Part shown: piece after piece, positions 48,268-58,444 of the stretch
Numbering within the stretch: position 1 is the first letter of the stretch
Layout of the letters: every line of letters begins with the position of its first letter
From: Scenedesmus sp. PABB004
Lineage: Eukaryota
Assembly (NCBI GenBank): GCA_014905635.1
Contig: JABVCE010000014.1
Location: 434,001 to 498,000 of the forward strand
Reading direction: 5' to 3'
DNA: 64,000 bases
Notes under the pieces: generated by a model
Told to the model about the DNA's origin: nothing
The model's input: the letters and a program-made list of their open reading frames with translations, nothing else
Database searches by the model: none
Translations under genes and position numbers: made by a program

Positions 48268-49627
48268 ATGGACCACCCCATGGATGGCGGCTCGGAGGAC
48301 GAAGACTACGAGCTGCAGTTGGCGCTGGCGCTGAGCATGCAGGTCGGGCTGGGCGCGGACGAGCTGGCCCATCTGCTGCTCCCGCGCTCCCCGCCCGCCA
48401 CGCGGCAGAGCACGCGCCTGGGCGGTCGCGGGCCGGCCGATCGCGGGCCCTGGCGCCTGCTGGCGGCCCGCTGCGCAGCGGCGGCGGCCGCCGGCGCTCA
48501 CGATCGGCGCGCCGCGCCGCCGCAGGGCGAGGACGCGTTCGCGCCAGGCGCCGGGGCCCCGCCGCCGCCCGCCCCTGGCGCCGCGCCGGCGGGCAACCAA
48601 CCGAACCAGCAGGACCTCGCCGCCGCGCTCGCGGCGGCGCTCGGCGCGATCGCTGGCGGCGGCGGCGGCGGCAGCGGCGGTGAGCCGGCGCTGCGGGCAG
48701 CGCGCAGCGCGCAGCGGTCGCCGGCGGCGCGCCGGCCCACGCGCCGTGCAGCGCGGCCGCCGGCCGCCGGGCTGCGCAGCGCGCTCGCCGCCGCGCCGCG
48801 CTGCGGCGCGGCTGGCGCCGCACGCGCGCCGCGCGGCGCCCGCGCCAACCGCTGCAACCAACCCGCGCCAACCGCCCCCGCAGACGGCGAGGCGGCGCCG
48901 CCGCCGGAGTTTGAGTTTGACTGGGAGCCCGAGCCGCCGCGCGAGGCGGCGGCGCCGGTCGTGCGCGCTGCGCCGCGCCGGCTGCCGCCCTGGGCGGAGC
49001 AGCTCGCGCTGTGGTGGCAGCCGGGCGCGAGCCCGGAGCTGGGCGGCCTCTCCGCGGCAGGTGGGCGGGCCGCGTGCGCCGGCGGGCGGCGTCCGGCGCG
49101 GCGTGCCTGGCGCACCCCGCAGCGGCTGACCCGGCGCCGGCGCCGCCGCGCAGGCGCGCTTGCGGGCGCGGACGCGCAGCAGCTGCTCGCCAAGCCCGAG
49201 GTCGTCGTGCCGCTGGCGGAGCTGCCCGCGGCGCTGGGCGCGCTGGGGGCGATGCTCAAGGCCACCGTCATCTGCCCCTCCGCCGGCGAGGCCGCGGGCG
49301 GCGCCGCCGCGCCGGGCGTGCTGCGGCTCAGCGCGCTGGTGCCGAGGTGCGCGCTGCTGCGCGGCGCGGCTCGGCGCGGCTCGGCGCGGCGCGCGGCGCG
49401 GCCGCCTCGCCGGGCCCCGCTGGGCGGCCGGCCCCGCCCCATGCACCGTGCTGCGCCTGCGCCCGCAGCGGCTCGGCCAGCGCGACGGTCAAGGCGTCTG
49501 ACTGCGACCTGCTGCTGGGCACCTGGCTCGCGCGCGCCGCGACGACCGCGGGCGCCGGCGGCCAGCTGCAGCTGCTGCACCTCGCGTTCAGTCGCATGCC
49601 CGCGCCGACCGCCGCTGACGGTGCGAC

Positions 49628-49676
<49 letters not shown>

Positions 49677-51805
49677 GCGACCCGCCGTGAGGGCGCCGCG
49701 CGCCCACGCCTGTCCCCTCCCCCTTCCACACCCGGGCCGCTGCGCGCAGGCGACACGGCGCGGCGCGTCGCGCTGCTGCTCGGGCTGCGCCTCGCGGCGC
49801 GGGGCGTCAAGGCGCTGGAGGATGACGACGATGACCTCTTCTATGACACCGGGCGCACCACCACCGAGCTGCTCGCCGGCCTGGTGCGCAGCACGGCGGC
49901 GCCCGCCCGCCGCTCGCGCGCCGGCCCGCGCTGGCCCGCGCCGGCCGCGGCCGACGCGCCGCCGCGCCGCGCCGCCGCCGCCCGCCGCCGCGTCCCAGGC
50001 CTCGTCGAGCGCGCCGCTGTCGGCGCAGTTTGTGTCGGCGATGCTCTGCAGCTGCGCCACGCCCGGCGCCGCGGGCGCGTGGGCCAAGGCGCTGGCGGGC
50101 GTGCTGCGGGGCTTTGGGACCTACAAGCTCACCGGCGGCGTGACTGAGCTGGAGCCGCTCATGCTGTCGCTCGACCGCGTCACCGCAGACCCCATCCTGC
50201 TGCGCCAGCTGGTGCGCGCGGCGCGGCCGCGGCGCGGCGGCGCGCGGCCCGCCGCCGGCGCCGCCGCTGCGGGGGCTGATGCCGCCGTGCCGCGCCGGCC
50301 GCCGCTCCGCCGCGGCGACGCAGGCCGCGCAGCTGGCGGGCGAGCTGCTCGCGCTGGCGCCGGCGCGCGGCGGCGCTGCCGCGGTGAGCGCCGCCGCGCA
50401 GGCGCAGGCCAAGGGCGGCGCGCTCGCGCCGCTGCTGTGCGTGTGCAGCGCGGTCGACGCGCTGTCCGTGCTGCGCGCGGCGGGCGCGGGGCGGTTCTTC
50501 GCGGACGGCGGCGACGGCGGCGCCGGCGGCGGCGGCGGCGCGCGCGTGTCGGCCGCGGCGGCGGGCATGTCGCCCGCGGCGGGCCTCTTCACCTGCCTGC
50601 GCGGGTATCCGAGCAACCAGGGCGAGGTGGAGGGCGCGCGGCGGCTGCTGGAGGCGGTGCTCGGGCGCATTGCCGACGCGGCGCACCAGGTGTTCAAGCG
50701 CCTCGCCGGCCTCAAGGTGCGGCGCCCGCGCGGCCGCGCGCGGGCGCGCGCGGCAGGGCAGCGAGGGAGGGAGGGCGCGTGCGGGGCCGATGGCTCCCGG
50801 CGCGGGGGGTGTGGGCTGACGCCGGCGGCGCCCGCGCGCGCGCGCGCCGCAGTGCCCGGGGCTCCCGGCGAGCGCGGGGCGCGAGGTGCTGCTCGCGTGG
50901 CTGGCGGGCGTGGCGGAGGCCAACGAAGTGCGCTGCGTCGGCGGGGATTACGGCGCGTTGCGGCACCTCATGGGTGCGCCGCGCCGGCGGCGGCGGCGCT
51001 GCGGCGCCCGGCCGCGCGCCGCGCGCAGCCCTGCGCGCCTCGCCTGCTGCGGCACACCGCGCCGCCCGCGCCCGCGCCCCGCCGCCCGCCGCCGCCGCGG
51101 GCAGGCGCGCCCGACGGCCCGATGGTCAACCTCACCGCGTCGGTGCTGCGCCTCACGCGGCCCTTTGTCGCGGGCTACCTCAGCCAGTCGCCCAAGTTTG
51201 CCGACCTCTTTGCGCGCCACCTCTCACCCACGTACTACGCCACCCACGCGCGCCGCCTCGGCGCGGCCGCGACGTCGGAGCCGACGCTCGCGGGGCAGCG
51301 CGGCGCGGCGAGCGCGGCGGCGCCGGCGGCGGCGGCCGGCGCGGCCGCCGACGCGGGGCTGGCGCTCGCGGCCGACCCGGCCGCTGCTGCCGCGTCGGCG
51401 AGCTTCGTGGCAGAGGCCTTCTTCATTGCCCAGCGCTACCTGCACGTCGGCCTGCTGCCCGCGGTGCACCGGTGCGTGCACGCGCGCGCGCGCGCGCCGC
51501 GGCTCGCCGTGCCCACCTCCTTGGCAGCACGCAGTGCGCTTGATCTGGTCATCCGCATTGCCACAATCCAACAACGCTTTGCCCTGTCTGTCTGCCTGCC
51601 CGGTCCGCCCCAGGTTCAACAAGCTCTACCAGCGCCTCTGGGAGGCCGCCGCCGACGCGGAGGGCGGCGGCGGGGGCCGCTTCGCGCCGCCGACGGAGCT
51701 CGTGCTCGTCGCCGACTGCAGCACCGCGCAGCTGCTGCAGCCCGACCTCTGCGCCGACGCGGTGCAGGTGCGGTGCTGGCACACGGCGGCGGCGGCGGCG
51801 GCGGC

Positions 51806-51836
<31 letters not shown>

Positions 51837-54800
51837 GCGGCGGCATGCGTGCGCAATGCGGGCCCTCGCCCCGCTGCTGCCGCCGCCGCCGCCGCACCCA
51901 CGCCCCGCCGCTGCCGCCGCCGGCGCCTCCGCCGCCGCGCAGTTTGCAGTGCTTGAGATCATGTGGCTGGCCGACCTGCTCACCACGCACCAGGCGCAGC
52001 AGCAGGGGCAGCAGCAGGGGCAGCAGCAGGCGGCGCAGGCGGCGCAGGCGGCGCAGGCGGCGCAGGCGCCCGCGGGCGTGCTCGCCGCGGTGCCCGAGTC
52101 GGTGCTCGCCGACGCGGCGAGCTGGCTGACCTTTGTCATTCAGCAGCGCCAGAGCGAGCAGCTCGCCGCGGTGCCCATCGGTGCGCACACAGCGCCGCGC
52201 CCACTGCCGCGCCGCGCCGGCCGCCGCGCCGCCGCGCCGCGCCGTGCTGCGCCCGCCGCCGCTGGCCGCTGGCCCGGCCCGACGACACCGACACCGCCGG
52301 CCTGGCCCACGGCGCCGCCCTGCGCCGCCCGCCGCGCCCGCGGCAGGCATGCTCATGTGCTCGCTGGTGACGCTGCTGGAGCATCCCAGCGAGGTGGGCG
52401 CGCAGGGCGGCAGCGAGGCCGGCCGCCGCGCTGCCGCAGGGCATGCAGCGCCGCGCCGCGCCGCGCCGCGCAGCGCCGCGCCGCGCCGCGCTGCACCGCG
52501 CCGCGCCGCGCTGCGCCGACGCCCCGCCGCCGCGGCGGGGGCGCGTGCAGGTGCGCAGCCTGCTGGTGGTGGCCAAGCTGGTGCAGCTGCTGCTGGTGAT
52601 GCTGTCGCCGCAGGTGGGTCGTGAGGGGCGTGCCAGACGGACCGGGCCAAGGGAGGGGTGGCAAGAGCCGGGTCCGTCCCGGTCACTTTGCACTGTCGGC
52701 GCGGCCCGCTCGCCGCCGCACGCCCGGGCGCCGGCCTCGCGCAAGAGCCCGGCCGCGGTCGCGGCGCGCGCTGGTTGTTGGGTGGTGCCTCCTGCGCCGC
52801 CCCAATCACCGAGCGCGCAACGCGACCGCCGCCCACCGCGCCGCCGCGCGCCCCGGCGCTGGCCTCGCGCGGGAGCACGGCCGCGGCCGCGGCGCGCGCT
52901 GGTTCATCGGCGCTGCGTCCTGCGCCGCGCCAATCACCCAGCGCGCGCCGCGGCGCCGCGGCCCACTGCGCCGCCGCGCGCTGGCCTCGCGCAAGAGCAC
53001 GGCCGCGGCCGTGGTGCGCGCTCGTTGACTGGCGCCGCGTCCTGCGCCGCGCCAATCACTGAGCGCGCACCGCGGCCCACCGCGCCGCGCGCCCCGGTGC
53101 CAGCCTCGCGCAAGAGCCCGGCCGCGGTCGCGGCGCGCGCTCGTTGTTTGGCGCGGGCTCCTGCGCCGCCCCACTCACCGAGCGCGCAACGCGACCGCGG
53201 CCCACCGCGCCGCCGCGCGCCTCGCCGCCGGCCTCGCGCGGGAGCACGGCCGCGGCCGCGGCGCGCGCTGGTTCATCGGCGCTGCGTCCTGCGCCGCGCC
53301 AATCACCCAGCGCGCGCCGCGGCTGCGGCCCGGTGTGGCGCTCTCGCCGCCCCTTGCGCACAGCGGACGCAGCGCGGCGTGCTGCGTGCCCCCCCCCCCC
53401 ACCGCCGCCGCTGCTGCCGTCGCGGCCTTGCGCCGCCCCACCGCAGGTCAACCTGGAGCGCCGCACGCGCGGCGCGCTCGGGCGCAGCAACCTCAGCCCT
53501 GGTGCGCGCCCCCTCGCGCGCCGCCGCCGCCGCCGCGCGCCGCCGCCGATGCCTCCCTCACCCCGCCGCGCCCCGCCGCCCCGCTCGCGCGCCGCCGCGC
53601 CCCCCAGGCGAGTCGGCGCTCGTCGCGAGCGTGCTGGGCACGTCGGCGGCGCAGCAGCAGCTCGTGCCGGCGCTGATGCGCGTGTACGGCGCGGCAGATT
53701 TTGTGGTCGGCCTCGACGTCGACCGCGACGACTACGATAAGTTCACGGTGCGCTGGCCTGTTCCTTTGTTGCTGGTTGTTGTGTGAGCTTGCTGTGTGTT
53801 GTGTTTGTGTGTTGCTTGTGTGTTCAGCACATAAACACACAAGCGCTGGCGTCCAACGCTTGTGTGTCGTTGCGCTCTGTGTCTCGTGACTGAACGGTCT
53901 GGCCGGGGGTCGCGCCCCCCGCCGCCGCCGGCGCCGCCGCCGCGCGGCCGGCCCCCGGACCCGACCCGCGCCCGGCGCGCCCGCGCCCGCGCCCGCGCGC
54001 CGTGCGCAGATGCGGCACCAGATCGACCAGCTGCTCGAGGAGCTCTGGCGCGACGAGCGCTGCCGCGCGTGCATCCGCGCGCAGGCCGCCGCGGCGGCGG
54101 CCGCGCCCGGGGGCGACGCGTCGGGCAGCGTGTTTGGCGGCTTTGTGTCCGCCGTGCTCAACGACTTGATGTACCTGTTCAAGGACTCCCTCGAGCGCCT
54201 GGCAGACATCCGCACGATCGAAGAGTCCAAGGCCGACGCGGCGGTGCGGCGGCGGCGGCGGCGGCGCGCGCGCGGCTTTGTGCGGGTCCGTTGCCTTGTT
54301 CCTTGTTTTTATTCTTGTGAAGGAACACAGCGCCAATCATCGCACACACGCAACGTTGTATGTGTGGGATGGTTTGTGATGGGCACGATCATAACACAAA
54401 CGCAATTGTCTGCGTTATGATTATGCCCATCACAAGCCATCCCACCACACACGCAACGTTGTGTGTGTGTGATGACTGGCGCAGGCGGTCTGCGCGCGGC
54501 GGGCGGGCTCGGGCGCGCGGCGCGGCCCGACACGAGCGCGCGCCGCGCGCCGCCTCGCGCCGCCGCCGCCGCGGTTTGCAGGCGTGGGCGCGCCTGAGCG
54601 AGGAGGCGCGGGCGGACAAGGAGACGTTTTACCGCAGCCAGCAGCGCACCGCGGGCGGCTTCATGTCGCTCGCGCGCACCACGCTCGACCTGCTCATCAC
54701 GCTCACGGCCGACGCTGAAATCGTGAGGGCGCGCAGGGCGCTCGCAGGGCTCAGCGGCGGCGGCGCGGCGCAGCACACAGCGCAAGGACGCGGGGCGCGC

Positions 54801-56109
54801 GCCGCGCGCGGGGCGCCGCCGCGGCTGCCGTGCGTCGACCAAGCGCGCTGCCGCCGCCGCCGCCGCTGCGGCGCACGCTCCTGGTGCAGGCGCGCACGTT
54901 CCTGGTGCAGCCGCTGCTCGGGCGCACCGCGTTTGCGGTGCTGCACTTCCTGGAGCTGCTGGTCGGGCCGCGCTGCCAGGTGCCCGGGGCCGCCGCGCGC
55001 CGCCGCGCTGCCGCGCCAGCATGGCCCCTGACCCGGAATCCCTAAACCGCGGCGGCGCAGTCGCTGGCGGTGGCCAACCCGGGGCGGTACCACTTTGACA
55101 AGGGCGCGCTGCTGCTGGGCATGGTCTCGCTCGCGGGCCAGCTCGGCCGGCACCCAGAGTTCACGCAGGCGCGCGCCGCCGCCGCCGCCGCGTGCGCCTG
55201 GGAGCTCCCGCGCCGCGCGCGCCGCGCCCGCGCAGCCCCCTCCTCGACCCCGGCGCCGCCGCCGCCGCCGCGCCCGCGCCCCTCCTAAACCCCAAACCCC
55301 AAACCCAGGCGCTGGCCGAGGAGCCCGACTACGAGGACGGCGTGCTCTCCGCCGCGTCGGCGCTGCTCAACGCTGCCCACAACTACGGCGCCGCCGACGG
55401 CGTCGACGCGCTGCGCGCCGCGATCGCGGCGACGCCGCTGCACACCGCCAAGCGCCAGCGCCGCGCCGGCGGCGCGCCGGGCGCCGACGGCGGCGCGGCC
55501 GGCGGCGCCGCCGGCGGCGACGGCGCGCCCGGCGGCGCGGCGCCGGCCGGCGACGCGCTCGAGGCGGAGGTGTCGTCTGCGGTGGCGCGCTGGGCGGCCG
55601 CGGTCGGCCCGGGGCCGGCGAGCTACGACGACGCGGAGGCGGGCTACGCCGCGGCGCTGGGGCCGCTCGCGCTGGGCGTGTTTGACGCGACCGCGCCGGG
55701 CGCGTACAACAGTCAGTTCACCGCGCTCGCCGCGCAGCCCGAGGGTGGGTTGGGTTGGTCGCCCCGTGCGGTCCGCGCGCGCGGCCGGCGCGGCGGGGCT
55801 GGGCCAGGCGGCCCTGCGCGCGCGCTGTGCGGCCTGCGCACGCGGGGGCGAGGCGCGCCCAACGCACCCCCCGCAAAACGCTCACCCCGCAGGCGACGCG
55901 AGCCAGAAGCTGCGCCGGCTGGGCCGCGAGCTGCGCGACCTGCGCGGCAAGACGCGCCTGCCCATCGCCGCCGCGGCGGCGTGCTTCGTGCGGCAGGACG
56001 CGGAGCGCCCCGACAAGGCGCGGCGCCGCGGCGCCCGCGCTCGCTGCGCCCACGCCCTCCCTCGCGCCCTCGCCTCGCCTCGCCTCGCCTCGCCTCGCCT
56101 TGTCTCGCC

Positions 56110-56141
<32 letters not shown>

Positions 56142-57845
56142 ACCACTCACACCACCCACACACACCCACACCCACACACACCCACCCCCACACCCACCCA
56201 CACCCACGCGCGCAGGTGCGCTGCGTGATCAGCGGCCCCGCCGGCACGCCGTACGAGGGCGGCCTGTTTGTCTTCGACGCCCTCTTCCCGCCCGGCTACC
56301 CCAACGTGCCGCCGCTGCTCGCGCTCGACACGACCGGCGGCGGGCGCGCGCGGTTCAACCCCAACCTCTACGCCGGTGGGTGGTTCAGGGTTGGGGGGGG
56401 GGCGTGTGTGTATGGGGTGTGGGTGTGGGTGTGTGTCTGGTGTGGGCTTGGGTGTGGGTGTGTCTGGGCGTGGGCGTGGGCGTGCGGGCGAGGGTGCGGA
56501 GCAGTCGGTTTGAGGGGCTTGCAAGGGTGTCGAAACGGGGCTGGCAGGGGCGGCTCGTTGAGGAGGACGGGGGCGGTGAGGCGAGCCGTCCGCCGCGACG
56601 ACGCTCACGCCGCGCCGCCGCCGCCGCCGCGCCGCAGACGGCAAGGTCTGCCTCTCGCTGCTCGGCACGTGGCACGGCGGCGACGAGGCGTCCAAGGTGC
56701 GCGCGGGGGCCGAGGCGCCGCCGCGCCGTCACGCCGGCCGGCTGGGCCGTCCGTCCCCGCACCGCGCGGCCTCCCGCTCTCGCCTGCGCTGTCCCTGTCC
56801 AACCCCTGGACCGCCCCTGGCCCGCCGCCGCCTCCCGCCCGCGTGGTGCACGCGTGCGCGCAGTGGAACCCGAGCAGCAGCAGCCTCTTCCAGATCCTGC
56901 TGAGCATCCAGGGCATGATCTTTGTCGAGGTGCGCGCGCGCGCGTGGGGCTGGGTGGGCGTGTGTGTGGATGGGGAGGAGGCAGGAGGAGCAGTGCGGCC
57001 AGCAGGGCCCCTGTACCCTCACCCCAACCCTGAGCCCCGTGTCGTCAACCCTTTGAACCGCCTACAACCCTTAACCCTAAACCCCAACCGCCTGACCCCC
57101 GCTTCCAAAACCCCAGGACCCCTACTTCAACGAGCCCAACGTCGAGCTCATGCGCGGCACGACCGAGGGCAACCTCACGAGCATGAAGTGAGCCCGGGCG
57201 CTGCCAGCTGCTGCCGCGACGGCCGCACGCCAGACGCGCGCGCACCAGACGCGCGCAGTCGCGCGGCCGCGCGCGCGCGCGCGCGCGCGCGGCGCGACGG
57301 CACGGCCGCGGGTGGCGGGGCGTGCCAGCGCGCCGCGCCCGCGCGCCGCCACGCCGCTGCGTCCCGCCGCCGCCGCCGCCGCCGCCGCCGCGTCATGCCG
57401 CCGCCGCTGCGCCGCCAGGTACAACGCGGAGCTGCGGCTGTCGACGCTGCGCTGGGCGGTGCTCGCGCTGCTGCGCAAGCCGCCGCCGGGGCTGGAGGAC
57501 CTGGTCGCCGCGCACTTCAAGTGAGGGCGGCGGCGCGGGGTTGCGAATCGGGCTCGCGACTCTGGCCGGCGCGCGCCGGCGGCCGCCGCCGCGCCGCACG
57601 CTCGCCGTCGGGGCCGGTCGCCGCGCCGCGCGCTCACGCTCCACGCGCACGCCCCGCGCGCGGCGCGCAGGGCGCTGCGCGGCACGCTCGCGGCGCGCGC
57701 GGGGCGCTGGCTGTGCGAGGCGGCGCGGTCCGACCCGAGCGGCACCACGTACCGCCGCCTGGTGGAGGTCATGGACGAGCTGGCCCCCGCCTCGCCGCGC
57801 TGTGAGGCCACGGGCGAGCTGGCCCCCCGCCTCGCCGCGCTGTGA
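48268..57845 (+). CDS. UIM + Ufd2/UBE4 core + BIRC6-type UBC (E2) fusion protein with no U-box; more than 20 exons
   Basis: UIM: EDEDYELQLALALSMQ. Ufd2 core: [178 protein letters not shown]. Confidence 0.88.
52733..53322. repeat. Intronic minisatellite, about 5 copies of a ~120-128 bp unit
   Basis: The unit GCCTCGCGC(AA/GG)GAGC.CGGCCGCGG.CG...CCTGCGCCGC.CCAATCAC..AGCGCGC starts at about 52733, 52861, 52983, 53102 and 53230. Confidence 0.85.
54330..54482. repeat. Intronic foldback inverted repeat (~75 bp arms, almost no loop); pre-miRNA- or MITE-like
   Basis: The left arm GCGCCAATCATCGCACACACGCAACGTTG...GGGATGGTTTGTGATGGGCACGATCATAAC pairs with the right arm GTTATGATTATGCCCATCACAAGCCATCCC...CAACGTTGTGTGTGTGTGATGACTGGCGC. 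Confidence 0.85.
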
Positions 57846-57854
57846 GGCCACGGG
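57776..57854 (+). repeat. 39/40 bp tandem duplication spanning the stop codon of the Ufd2-UBC gene
   Basis: CGAGCTGG-C5/C6-GCCTCGCCGCGCTGTGAGGCCACGGG occurs twice. Confidence 0.9.
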
Positions 57855-58444
57855 CGACGGCGCCGCTCCCGCGCCGCGCCGCGGCGTGCCGAGGCGGGGC
57901 CCGGGCAGCGAGCGGCGGGCGCAGTGCTTACAGGAGGTTCGGAGCGGCGGCGCGCGCTGCGGCATGCGCGCACGCGCGCGGTCGCCGTCTGCGTTTGGTG
58001 CGACGGTGCGTTCGTGATGAGAGAGGAGTGCAGGGCACGGGGCAGTGCCGCCGCTGCGGCGCGGGCGGTGCCGACCGTGCAAGTTGACGAGAAGCCCCAA
58101 TGACAGTACTAGTGCCCAACGGCCGCCGCGCTGTGGAGTTTGTCGGGCGCCGCAAATGCAGGCTGCAGCACCATTCAGTGGCAGGCGCGCCGGCGGCGGC
58201 GGCCCGACGCCCGGCCGTCGGGCGCGCGCGCCCCGCGGCGCGCGCTAGAGCAGTTCCTGTGCCCCCCCACGCACGCGAGCCTCCCCCACGCAGCGCACAG
58301 CGCACAGCACCAGCACCAGAGATGTCGGCCTCGCATACAGCGCGTGTTTGAGCAGCGCGCGACGTCCCGTCCCCGTCCCCCGCCCGCGCGCGGTCGCCAT
58401 CGCATTTGCGCCCCCCCCCCCTCCCGTCCGGCCGCCGCCCCGCA

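Noticed and set aside
52733..53322. CRISPR-like array
   Set aside because: The units are long, degenerate and contiguous with no unique spacers. There are no cas genes and the context is a eukaryotic intron.
47309..57845. MOCS2A (ubiquitin-fold, C-terminal GG) next to an E2-domain gene, as a novel Ubl conjugation operon
   Set aside because: MOCS2A looks canonical for molybdenum cofactor synthesis and has its own TGTAA. No E1 is nearby, and adjacency alone is weak evidence in a eukaryote.
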